In this document: one piece after another, positions 13,584-25,794 of the stretch | Layout of the letters: every line of letters starts with the position of its first letter | How positions within the stretch are numbered: the first letter of the stretch is position 1 | Source: Phoronis australis | Taxonomy: Eukaryota; Animalia; Phoronida | Direction of reading: 5' to 3' | Assembly (NCBI GenBank): GCA_002633005.1 | Contig: NMRA01000716.1 | Span: 110,596 to 174,595 of the forward strand | Length of the DNA: 64,000 nucleotides | Translations under genes and position numbers: made by a program | The notes under the pieces: generated by a model | Seen by the model: the letters and a program-made list of their open reading frames with translations, nothing else | What the model was told of the DNA's origin: nothing | Database searches by the model: none

Positions 13584-14836
13584 CGAGCTGCTCTGAAATC
13601 AACACCATTGGGAGCTTTACGGAGTCAGCATCTATTCAACTACACAGGGTTCAGATCCTGATGCAAAGTTGACAGGATAAAACTTTGTAGACACCGATTT
13701 GCTTCGCAGCTTTGTTGAAAGGTTCAAATGCCCTAACTGTTCTATTGAGAACTTTGGAAATTCAGAGATGAAGAAGCTTCGGCGATCAAATTTGAATGCC
13801 TTGAAATGGACTGTGATTTTTCTTTTTTTTTAACTCAAAGGAAGGACTGATGGCAATAACATGTTGTTGGATGTGAATAGGCGATTGGCAAAAGCAAACT
13901 CAAGGACATGGATTTTTGGTGGAGGAAAGGCAACCAAGAGAATTGGTGGGGGCATAACTTAACCAAAAATTAACATAAAAAAGCCAGGCCCTATGGAGCC
14001 ACGATCAGAAAAAATTGAGAACGTCGAGGGAATGTATCGCTACATTTGGGTTACTTTAACATCGACACAATCTTTCGATGACTTTTCGCGGGGAAAATAA
14101 TCTCTTGCTTAAGTGGCTTTGATTTTCAATTGTCAGGGACAGTATATTTTCAAACCTCACAAAAACAAACTTACAATATATACGTCTGTTGTCTAAATAT
14201 AAATATCTCGTCACGGTTTGAGGCGCGGGAGAAGTGTAGTGGATTTTTGTCAATGAGTTGAATGTCGGCGATGGGAAACTATTGGTGTGTTAATAACATG
14301 ACGCAGTATTTTTTAATCTCTTTGTCACAGGAATTTCCCTCTTTCAGGGCCGGGTAGCTAATTACTGTTTTCATCTTACCCCGCGGAGCACAGATGTCCG
14401 ACTGCGCAGCGTGGCAGGCCAGGCGGTCCGGTTCCGCCAGCTAGCAGTGTATACGAATATTTCTGGCTAAGTGGGAGTTATTCATTTTACTTTAAACTCG
14501 TTAATACTTATATTGTACCATTTGGCACTATAGCTAGTTTTCTACCTGAAAAAATTTCCCCACCAAATGGTATTCTCTTGGCAGTCAGCCGCCCGGCCGT
14601 AGCGAAGTCACGTCTAATTTTTTTCCATATTAATTTTACGCTAGTTTAACTGTCAGGATACTCTAACTGTATAGCAATTTTATTCAATAATTTGATGTTG
14701 CATGTTCGTTGCTCTTTTTATACTGTTTCTTTACCAGAGTTAGTTAAACCCCGCAGTAAAACACTCTGTCAATTATTTTATACGCGTTTGCAGGCTAGTG
14801 AACAGACACTGCTCCAGTCGCACACCCGACGTACTA

Positions 14837-15020
14837 AGCCTGGCGTGCGTTCAGTAGACGCTAGGACCTACGCTAGGACCTAGCTAAAACCTACGCTAGG
14901 ACCTAGCTAAAACCTAGTCAAAGTCACGTGCTCTCATTTAAAATGCACCGCAATATCTCACGTAATCTCGCGAAGTCTTGCTTTTTAGCGAGGTCCTAGC
15001 GTTACTGAACGGGAGGCAGG
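14837..15020. mobile_element. Small MITE with inverted ends and internal gctaggaccta tandem units
   Basis: cctggcgtgcgttcagtagacgctaggacct ... aggtcctagcgttactgaacgggaggcagg. Confidence 0.55.
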
Positions 15021-16161
15021 GTTCCTGAATGAATTGTACTTCCGTTTTCGCGCTTAGTTCAAAAACGTGTGCTTCTAGGATTTTAAATGTTTAGTTATGA
15101 CATCTGGGTATTGAACAATAGCTGATCTTGCCAAAATAGATGGTAAATATGTCGACTACGAATATGTTGCAGGATGTAACGCTACAACCAGTCATCGCCG
15201 TGCAGCGCGTGTTAACGAAATGATGACACGTACCAACCAGGAGGATTTTGGACTGTTATAAGTGTCAATAACTTAGGCACTTATTTATCTTGAACTATTC
15301 TGTGTTGTACCATGTTATTTAGAAGCATGGGTGAGAGATCTGAAGCCACTTTACATAGTTTGCAGTCTTATATTCTTTTGCGATTTTCTCAGAATAGCAT
15401 TTTCAGCATACTTAAAACGTCATAACTCACCAAGTAGCTGAGAGCTTGACAAAATTCAAAGACAACAAAAATAATGTGTTGCTTATTTTGACGTGTGTTT
15501 AATGACAAATAATGACTTAATTATCTGAACCAGCTGTCTACTGTATATCAGAACAAGCGGAAAACAGTAAAAACAGATTGGGCTACCCTCACTGTAAATA
15601 TTACAGTAATAAATAAATAAATAAAATCCCTAGACTCTCAATCCTCCGAAAATGCTGAACAAACTCCAGTCCCGATGGCCAGATTCCATAGTGTCGCCTT
15701 TAATTCCAGCTACGAATTCCTGCGGCCATGGATTGTGGTCTCAGGACTGGAGTTTGATCACTGGGTAGAGCATTTTTGATGTGTGCGTAGGGGAGAAAAT
15801 GTTTTTTTTTTATCGTGGATTTGATGTCTGGTGGTCGGACTGGAAATTTGGTGATCGCACCTAAAATTTGGAGGTGGTCTTGGAGTTACATTGACCCATT
15901 GAAAAGGAATGAATTAATACAAAGACAAATACTGAGTCATTTATGAAAAAATACCAGAAATCCTTCTTCTCTGACGATCGAAAACAAACGAAATTATAAG
16001 CCCAACTTTCGGCTTACAGACAAATCGGCGCAACCGAAATACCAGAAGTAACGTCACCTTGTAATGTGGATGTTGGCTTTGGTAAAGTACGACTAGAGAT
16101 GACAAGACACTAAGGAGGTGATTGTCAATTAACGGGAGCTGAAGTGTTGATAGTGAGTTAC

Positions 16162-17303
16162 CTTCAAATCCAATATAGCGCTGGAAGGAAATAAGTCCGT
16201 CTGCTCAGTGTTTCCTTCTTTGATAATGGATGGCGCTGGTTGATTTACGACTACATATGAATTGACAGTCATGTCTCGTGAAAATTGATCCGCGTCAGTG
16301 AAGATTGGTAACCACAAGTCCTTGTCAAACTCAGGAAAACGTGCTTTTCATTAATCAAAACGTTTCATTCATTATGTCAATTTACATTGAGAACCACTAA
16401 ACACTTGCCATATAGTGAGCCTATCTTAAGTCGCGAACGCCTTTTCGTCCAGTCACTGGCGTTAACTTGCAACTCATAACCTTTCGAGAGTTTATGGTGC
16501 CAACCAAAAGTATACATATAAATAAAGCAACTCGTGATCTTTTGGGGTCTGAAATGTGAATTCTCTATATATACCTTTGTCAGTGATAAGACTATAAATG
16601 TAATCAATTTCAAAGTAAACTTCTTCATGACTTAAGTAAATCCTTGATAGTTAATCCAATAACAAGACAGTGAAGTAAGTCAGATTACAACACTGGGATT
16701 TTCTGTACACCTAATTAACCAAAAAATGTGTAGTCTACGTATTCCGCAAACCTGGGGCTTTAAAAGCTGAATAGTGGACAACTGAATGGTGATATCAACA
16801 GCTATGAACCGCATTGTAATCAGCGAGATTTTTCGATTCAACTAAGTGATTTTATCTCCAGTCGTATTTTACAGAGAACAAGGGACGTTGGTCTACTCAT
16901 CAGAATCATGTGCGTCACTGTCACACTTACCCTTTAAGTCCACAGTGGCTTCTCCTGGAGTGGACATCGCCACAGAAAGTCTGACCGGCTGCACAGTTTC
17001 CGCCCTCACCCTTGATGTTACGGATACCTGAACTTTACGTTGAGAGAGTGAACGATTGTTGAAAGTCCAAATACCAGCTTCTGCTGTCCCAGGAGTGACA
17101 ACCGCAAGGTTTTTAGACGCGTCGTTGTACAAAAATTGCTGACGTGTTCAGCATAGAAACATCGGGTGTGACGATAGAAGCGATGAACCCTCGGGAAGAA
17201 TTCCATGTAACATACACAGCAGTGTTTGAGCTAATATCGCCGCAATATTAAAAGTTACGTTTATGGACGCATAGCCTTTCAGTGTAACAAGTTCGTCCAT
17301 AAC
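16162..17303 (-). pseudogene. CLCA-like (calcium-activated chloride channel regulator) pseudogene fragment
   Basis: Exon 17303-16931 reads ...NTAVYVTWNSS...TPGTAEAGIWTF...VSVTSRVRAETVQPVRL (CLCA beta-sheet region) with two frameshifts; exon about 16331-16162 FSRDMTVNSYVV...DLFPSSAILDLK has lost its AG acceptor (cctg). Confidence 0.65.
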
Positions 17304-17604
17304 CTAGGACAAAGCAGAACAGGTGAATATTTTTCGGTTGTTTTTACATTTGCTTTAATCTTGTAAATTAATTTCACAAACTAAAATGAATTCTTTCAAA
17401 ACCTTCTTCATGTTGTATTTCGTGGAGTTCTGATATACAGCACAACGCTATTTTTACAAAGAATCATGATTGTACACTTATTTGTTATGTATTTATGCTA
17501 TTGATACCATATGTCATCCAATGTATGAACAGTATGTAACAATCACCTTCTCCTATTTTCTTCTCAATTGTTATTTTTATGTATTTTAGTGCATTGATAG
17601 ACTG

Positions 17605-17770
17605 TAAAATGTAACAATTTCGTAAAATGTAACAACTGTTACATTTTACGTCATTGTTACATTTACGTTGCTAAGCCTCTCCTAAAATGTAACAAGTTGT
17701 TACATTTTACGTAGTTGTTACATTTCACGTCGAAGCACATGCGAGAAGTGTACCATTGTTACATTTTACG
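17605..17770. repeat. Direct and inverted tgtaacaa / ttgttacattttacg repeat cluster
   Basis: Multiple copies visible in both orientations; resembles transposon subterminal repeats. Confidence 0.55.
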
Positions 17771-18099
17771 AAACCCATGTCATATTGCAAAGAAAATGAC
17801 GAAAAATACGAACAAGTGGTATCCGACACGGCCGGGGGCCTACTGGAGTATTTTTAGACGAGGAGAGCGGCCCGTAAAATTTGAATACCTACCCGTTTAG
17901 AGAGTGAACTCGAACAAAAAAGTGACCCATTTAGAGACTAATTTGTGTAAAATTCACATGTTTGTACAGTTTTGTTCCAGAAAATCAGAAAAGGCACCCT
18001 TTTAGATAGTATTTGTCGAAAATGACTCTATTTTGGAGAGTTTTTTGCCCTGAAAAAACACCCTGGGGGCTGACACTGCATCAATTTGGCTACCCATTA

Positions 18100-18207
18100 T
18101 CATTTTTATTAATATTACATTACTATCACTACTATTACTACCATTACTACCATTACTGCTATTTCTACTATTGCCACTATCACTACTATTACCCGTTTTC
18201 ATTGTCG

Positions 18208-18263
<56 letters not shown>

Positions 18264-18272
18264 GTTATTGTA
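18100..18272. repeat. (TAC)n/(TAT)n microsatellite
   Basis: Direct reading; explains the poly-Ile and poly-Leu spurious ORFs. Confidence 0.95.
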
Positions 18273-19413
18273 TTAATTTTCTGAGTACACAGTGCAATAT
18301 ACACAATACATGGTTAAGAAAGTGCTTATACATCATGGTCCTTAAAGATTTTAAAATCATCTCATTTATGGTTCAATATTTTCACCAGGCTTCCCATAGT
18401 GGACAATGAGTGCTGTTTAAAGAGATTTTAAATGGATTCCTACATGTTCAGCCCTAATGGCCTACCATGGTGCCAAAATGACTATTTTTATATCTAAAAT
18501 ACATGTATTGATGAAAAACATCAAAATACGGTGTCATAGCATAACCCAGTCGTTACTTAAGCAGGCCGTTTACAACACAGTAGCCCCATCACGACCCCAT
18601 TTAGCGCCAAAAAACTTGAGATGGCGCTTGCACCAGCTGAAGTCTATGACATCTTCGACACAACGAATTTCGATTTCACCGAGTCACCATCATATCGGAA
18701 TCAGCGACGACTGGTCCTTTAATTTAGAGCAAAATACGTGGAAAATCAAGGAAACACATTGATTCTTCATTTCGTATCAATTAATATTCAAACTGATCAA
18801 GATAGCGACATCATCAGTATTGAAATATCCAGTGGCGCACAGGTGGCTAAAAATAGACGAATCCTAAGTGTCCCCGTAAGTTGAATGAACGACGAAAATA
18901 TGTCAAAATTTGACGTTGTCCTATTTATTTCGCAAACTACTGTGTTCTGAGTATTAGCTTGATATAACTAGATGATAGGTCTGATCGAAATGATTTTTGC
19001 CTTTCAACGTTTTTCACAATGGGCCTATGACGAACAGGTAGATATTCTCTCGCCCGGCGTGTGATTCAAGGAACCATTCATGACAAGCAGTGCTCAAAAC
19101 TTTATTTTCTCATGTTTAGCTGTACGAAAAAAGGCCCATCATTCCAAAACCATCTTCCTCGAATTGCTTCTGACAGTGACAGGATTTTACTTCCGATGAC
19201 ACAAAGAACACCAACCTAAGAGAAAAACAAGCGTCATATAGAAGACTGGCCGTCCGTTACAAAATTTGATCATTCCCAGTTAGTTGTAAGCCTTCTGTCA
19301 GTTTCAACTGAATATTCAAATCAACACTATCATTGAACGGACAGTGTATTGTACAGTGTGATAGGTTTAACAATTATAGTTTTATTCTAGATTGTTTTCA
19401 CAATTTCATTAAG

Positions 19414-20733
19414 GAGCTGATGCGAACGTCGAGGAAGACGGGTATTTGGGATATTCTACCAACTTCACTGGAAATGAAAGATACAGCGTCAGGGTAAAAG
19501 CTTCATTTTTACCAAACATAACAAAAATCGAAACGTCGTCTGGTGCAAACCGGCCCATAGATACCCATAAGTCTAGTAAGTCATTTTTCAATCGTATCAA
19601 TTGACGAAGATTTGTTTCGTGCGCTTACGGAAAATTAGCGCTTCATTTTGGCATGTTTATAAAATATATCTAACCAAGTTAATTTTGAAAACGTTTGACG
19701 GAGGTTTAAGCATATAGGACCTTCATTGTTGTTCTAATAACTATCGACGACATCGATTCTCTCAACATGCAGTCCATTTTGGTGTCTGAGAAACACGAAC
19801 AGTAATACTTTGCAGTCATCTTTATTATTACTAACCATACTAATGCGCTTTATTTTTATGTATACTCTAGGTTCGCACCATAAACTTTCGAAAGGTTATT
19901 AGTCGCGATAGCGAATGTTTAGTGGTTTTCAGTGTAAATTAACATATTGAATGAAAAGTATTGATTAATGAAAAGCATTTTTTCCAGAGTTTGAAAAGGA
20001 CTTGTGGCTACCAACCTTCAATGACGCGGATCAATTTTCACGAGACATGACTGCCAATTCATTTGTAGTCGTAAAGCAACCAGCGCCAACCACTAGCAAA
20101 GAAGGAAACTCAGAGCAGACGGACTTACTTCCTCCCAGCGCCATGTTGGATTTGAAGGTAACTCACTATCAACACTTCAGCTCCCGCTATTGGACAATCT
20201 CCTCCTTCGTGTCTTCTCATCTCTAGTCGAAGTTCACCAAAGCCAACACCCACATTACACGGTGACGTTGCTTCTGGTATTTCTGTTTCATACGTTTGTA
20301 GTTTGAAGTAGATCACAGGTACCTGAATACTATAACTAAATCGCTTGTTCAAGGACAACAGGCTCTTTTGAGTCATCCCACCGTTTTATTAAGTACTTCT
20401 TTAACAAAGAGTAACATGTTTGTTTTCACCCCTCGCCACCATAACAACCATCACCTTCGTCTCACTACTATCAAAGATGATTGTTTTACTTTGGTAACTC
20501 AGAGTGATCAAAACGTCGCCATGTTAGCCAAACCTCTGTACCAGTGATAGTTAGGTATCATACGTGCACGATTTATCCTGATTGCAGTCATTTTGACAAC
20601 TTGTACTATGATGCCCACGAAACACTAGTGACTAAATGTGCTACCACATTCCAGATGAATGAAGTTTCCAACTCAAAGGCTTCGGTATCGTTACAATGGA
20701 CGGCACTAGGAGACGACTTAGATCAAGGAAATG
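19414..20733 (+). pseudogene. CLCA-like gene fragment (three exons: about 19414-19493, 19988-20157, 20655-20733)
   Basis: GADANVEEDGYLGYSTNFTGNERYSVR; FSRDMTANSFVV...DLLPPSAMLDLK; VSLQWTALGDDLDQGN match CLCA motifs GADxxKxDGxYSxYF...GRYSVKV and DxxPPxxIxDL...LxWTAPGDDxDxG; canonical splice sites, but no upstream or downstream exons found. Confidence 0.7.
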
Positions 20734-21505
20734 GTAAGTTTTCAGTTGATAATCTATTAAAGAGTAACAAGACAACGTTGTGTTGCACTTATCCAACTGA
20801 TATGATACATTACGTGCATCAAATGGGCGCACATTTTAATTTGTCAATGAAAAAGTCGTTTTTCATCAGCCATTATATTTGAACCTCTCTGGGTTTAAGT
20901 TGCTTGCAGAGGGGTCAAAAGATGTACTTGATTGACTTTGTCGGTTCCGCCGTTTAAACCGACTAAGACATCTGATTGGTGTGTAATTAGGAAGTCCACA
21001 TCGAGAACCAATCAGAGGCCTCAGCTGGCGGAACTGGCGGAGTGCAGCCGATTGTATTCTTGAAAATACTAGCTAACTTGTGAATTCGTTTTTTTTTGGG
21101 AACATATATGAGTGATGTTAAAACCATTCTTCTTTGTCTTCAAGATAATTATAGGTCTACTGAAGTTAGAGCGAAAGCAAATACGTTCTATCGCAGGTTT
21201 TACGACAGGTCGTACATATTGCTAAGACAGCCTCTGTTACGAACGCAGTAATGTGTAAGAGCTTTCACCGCGCTTGATCTTTTGACTGTCTTGATCAATT
21301 GCTTCTAAGTTCTTGGGGATCGTCTTATTGAAGGTTGTATGCCCTTTCTTAACTTACATGGTCGCACGTGTGATTTCAACGTAAGTCAAATTTGTATAGA
21401 GTTCACTAACGTGGCTTGCAAATGCAATTTTTAAGTCTAATTATGAAAAGTTATCAAATTATCGTTACTTACGAGTTGACGCTCGTTAGTGTGAAGAATG
21501 CAGCG

Positions 21506-21760
21506 TTACCCGTCCACCCAACGTACAAAGCAGCGAAGGGTTACCGATTGTGTGGCAAGCATTTCCTGCCGTCTGAGTACTAGAAAGATACATCTATTTA
21601 CGCCGAATTCATGAAGTTCCCTGCGAAATAACGCCCTGCATTTGCACCAAGAAGCCTCACCACGTCCGTTCTCAGTCTCTGCCTCATTCCTCTCAACAGC
21701 TGCCTGTGATTGGACGTACTCTGCTTCATTATACTCGGGCTCAAACATATACCCACTCAC
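21506..21760 (-). mobile_element. Decayed P2X7-C-terminus-like (KolobokP-type accessory protein) transposon fragment
   Basis: YMFEPEY...SWCKC and LRCFVRWVDG resemble the YxFEP...WCxCxxC...YRxFVxWV motif; truncated. Confidence 0.4.
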
Positions 21761-22728
21761 TTGACAGTCCGTGAAAAACGTCCTTGTCACCACTCTTATG
21801 ACGTCACTCACGTCACTTCTGTCACTGTGACTGGGTCGCCGACTCCAGCCTTTTTCAGGCTACTACAAAGTAAACAATCATTAAATCCAACGTAACTGAG
21901 TTCTCTATCAACCTGGCTTGTCGTAGAATGCTCGTCGATGGGAAGTGGTGACGACAATTTTAGAAAAACAGCACGAAAACAAAAGTTGTACAGATCCTCA
22001 ATGTAAATTCAAACAGAACCAAACTGGCGGGAAATAATTGTCATACAAAACGTCACTTCCGGGGTAGAGGACGAGTAATTAATTAAATGACAAAAAGCTA
22101 TAATTAAGTGAAAAATATTTCTGGGATAATCAACGAAACTTGATTTTGCTATAAATGACATGAAAAAAGGTTGCCTTCGCTTTGAATATTGGGAAACATC
22201 TCAATATTAATAAAAGCGCTTTGGTAACTGGCATAGACAATATTAGCACTGCTGTAGTTTAGTATACACTGCTAACAGTCTGCTGTGACCCCGATGACCC
22301 AGTCACCCGACTCTGAAGACAGTGTTCCAGAGGTTCCAACTAATGGTGATGACTGATGTTATTCGAATCGTTGGAGCGTCCAGTACCGATCTACTAATTT
22401 ACTTCTCTGGCTGTTTCGTCAGAGTAAATATTTTCGCAGCCACGTGTATTTTTAGTTCGTTCGTATCGCAAGCGAAAGGCCCGTGGTGACATTATAAAGA
22501 GAGAAACAACAAAGGGAGAGTAGCTGCAAGACGGCGTATTCAATACTTTACTATATATAAAGTAAAAAACTACAAACTTGCAACACATCCTCTGTTTCCG
22601 TGGTTATCATCCTTAATTACTTTAGTTGGGGTCGATTCTAAAATCACCCGAGTCTCCAAAGCCAAAGGTTTAAAAGTAAAAGATAATTTTGAAAGTTAAA
22701 TTTGAAGCCTAAAGTCAAGTAACGTTTA

Positions 22729-22870
22729 GACTCTCACCGAATACCCGATAGAATCCGAAGCTTACAGTTAAAGTTAAGTCGAGACTCTTACCGGATAGAA
22801 AATAGACCCGAAACCTATAGTTAAAATAAAGTGAGACTCTCACCGGATACATACTAGACCCGATAGAATC
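22729..22870 (+). repeat. About 52-bp tandem repeat, roughly 2.7 copies
   Basis: Recurring gagactctcaccg...atag...cccga...agttaaa units. Confidence 0.7.
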
Positions 22871-23035
22871 CTGTTTCACTGCCAAAGAATCCCGTTTTTC
22901 TATACAATTCTTTATTGGGAATATTTCAAATGCGCTAATTTAGGGGTCCAAAGTTTTAGGCAAGAATAACCAATAAGAATTTAAAATCAAATTTCGTGAA
23001 GTGACAAATATGGGATTTAGTTAATACACACTCCT

Positions 23036-24045
23036 CAGTGGCGGATCTAGGATATCACAAGGGGGGGGCCAACATTTTGTCCGGCTGGAAACATTTGCGC
23101 AAACTGAACCACGATTGTAGATGCGCATAGCACCGAATGGGGGCAAACCCCCCTCCCGCCCAGGAAATTTTTCTGTTTTTACCTCTAAAAATCAAGCATT
23201 TGCCTTGATTCCTGAAGTATTATCCAAGAAAAAAGGCGAAAAAAAAAACACGGAGAACGTGTCAAACAGGAATAAAATGCAAGTGTCAAAGACTCGAACT
23301 CACGACCTAGAGGGTTGAGCGCGCGTACGTTACCACTACACCACCGCGATTTAACTACGACTCCTATACTAAAAGACTTACTTGTTTATGGGCCACAGCG
23401 TTTGCGCGCGTAACCTACTTCTTTTTGTAATGCTTATTATACGTTTTATATTTTGTGCCATCAATTCTTAACAAATTTGTCGTATTTGAAATAGTCTTCA
23501 AATGCCCAAAAGACCAAATCCATTTTTGTGTTGGCAATAATGACGGGATTGCTTTGGAAATCGTCTTAAGTTGAGGTTTGACAGAGAGAGAATTAATGAG
23601 TTTCTGAATGATTCACTAAGGCTTCGATTAAAATTCACATCTTACCAACAGCTTCTGTTTTTTCATCGTCACTCAGGTTCCATTTTCTTTAAAAATAAAG
23701 TAAATTTTCTCCATTGCACAGTGGAGCAGACGACGGCAACGGGGTCGTAGTGCGCAGCGCCACTGCCGGTCGCCTGGGATATCGCGGGAGAGCTTATACT
23801 TAGCCATAGTTCAGTTACGAATGCGCCGTGTTCCGAATTTGACACTTGAAATTGGATCTGAGCCCCCCCCCCCTCCCCAAACACTGAAACTGCGCACATT
23901 TAAATATTTTTTCATCCACATAATTTAATTACCGGGGCAAATTAATAAACTCAACGTTTCCCTACGCTCTTGCTGTTTTATTTTTTTTTGCGCCAGCCAA
24001 GAGAGCGGGGGGCGGGCGCTCTGCCCCCCCCTAAATCCGCCTATG
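23036..24045 (+). mobile_element. Non-autonomous hAT-like DNA element (copy 1) carrying a tRNA-like segment
   Basis: CAGTGGCGGATCTAGG...CTAAATCCGCCTATG termini; highly similar to 43014-43865. Confidence 0.8.
23291..23349 (-). repeat. tRNA-derived (SINE-head-like) segment inside the hAT-like element; second copy at about 43277-43334
   Basis: Minus strand reads gcggtggtgtagtggt (A box) ... gagttcgagtc (B box); no clean acceptor or anticodon stems. Confidence 0.6.
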
Positions 24046-25663
24046 GTGACACAGGACTAACCAGCCCGTAATTTCATGCAAGTGTCTGAAACTATCTTTG
24101 AATATATGCGGCATTTATGATTTGAGCATTTTACTTCGACAAAACAGCTCGCAACCGCATGCAGTTACCGTTCGCCAGTGTCTGGTCTCGATCGGCACCG
24201 GGTCCCGATACACTGCGGTCCCGAGTCTAGCAAAATAATTTCTGACAAAATTTATTCGCCACATTTCTTCAGCAAATTCGATAAAGTTGTCCGTATTTTG
24301 ATTTTATTAAAATTAAGGCGCGCTGTCGATCATTTTATCCCCGTTTGCAAGCTGGTAACAGGCACTCGTCCATCCACACTGACAGCGTTTTCTTAGCGGC
24401 TAGCCTGGTTTCCCGAATGAATTGTACTTCCAGGTTCGCGGCAAGTTCAAAATGGCGGTGGTTCTTCGGCTGCGAATCGTGAGTGGCGCGTTCATTTAAT
24501 CTTTTTTCGAGTACGTATTGTGTATTAGTTATGGGGTAGGTACTTCTTGGATCCTTATAACATCCTCTAACCATGTAATAAGGGTTAACAACGCGTGCGA
24601 CCACGTCTTTAAGAGGACTTTCGTACTCCTCAGATAACTTACATTTACATCCGGGATGTACTTGAGCTAACACAAGCTGATGACTCATAAATCATGTCCG
24701 TGGCCTGCGTGTTGACGTTTTTCTGGTTCATATGGACTTTGACCTTTCGGTTTAACAAAACTTGATAAGAGTGTTTCAGCACTATAACTTGGCTATCACA
24801 TCGAAGATTGTCGTGGTGAAACATAAGCTATCTTTTGACTTATGATTGCCTCAGGCAGCATTGTGCGACAAGTTTTTAGAGCTCATGTGCATCTGAAATG
24901 AATAGGTCTACGCTAAGCCTCGCTGTCAGTGGAAACCTTTAAAAGCGTTCCAGGTAAGACCGCCTTCGGAAGTCATATTGGTTGACGCGCGCTCTAAATT
25001 TATTTCGAAGTCGTACATTAGATGAAGCGTTCTTGAGAGAGGTCACCATTTCTTCGCCTTTTTCACACACAGAACCAACTTGAAGGGAAATCAAAACACT
25101 TCTTCATGACGACATATTTAACCAAGCTTGTCTAAAATTCTTTTACAAATTCAAGCATAACAATTTTTCCAATTCCATCAGTCACCAAGAAAGTTTCCTA
25201 GAATATGCAGTCATTAACCTGTCGAAAACTGCCCACCTACATCAGAAAAAGCCGTGAAAATTCATTGATCTTCATAATACCGAATCTAAAAAACAACTGT
25301 ATACTTCCGAGATATGTATTAAGAGACAAAATCGACACGCACAGTTTACATGGGCTCTCCTTGTACTAAAAATCACATATTAAGCACTTACAGCTCTCAG
25401 TGTAAGGTTTTACATGTACATTGTTGTGAATTTTCTAATTGAAGTAGGACTAACCGTGATCACCTGCCTGACATCTACATCTTAGTCATATGCTTTTCCA
25501 ACCGTGCGGTTTCCCTTGTTTCCCTTGCACCCTAGTCTCCGTGTTTTATTCTTAGCAGAATATAATAATTACATTTTAAATAAACTTGCATTGTATCTTA
25601 TTCCATTGCGCTTATTTCTATTGTTATTTATATTGTTCTTCTATTTAACTTAATGATGTATTA

Positions 25664-25666
<3 letters not shown>

Positions 25667-25731
<65 letters not shown>

Positions 25732-25794
25732 NNNNNNNNNNNNNNNNNNNNNNCTCCCTCCCTCCCTCCCTCTCTCCCTCCCTCTCTCTCTCTC
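25667..25794. repeat. (CT)n microsatellite containing an assembly gap
   Basis: Direct reading. Confidence 0.95.

Noticed and set aside
13660-13900. Kolobok/Mutator-like transposase fragment (FKCPNC...FEC...C...DVNRRL)
   Set aside because: Only short frameshifted motif matches; not enough to annotate
18002-18304. Poly-Ile / poly-Leu / His-Tyr-rich ORFs
   Set aside because: Translations of a microsatellite
23291-23349. Functional tRNA gene
   Set aside because: Has A and B boxes but no good cloverleaf, and the two copies sit inside a repeated transposon and differ in the anticodon region
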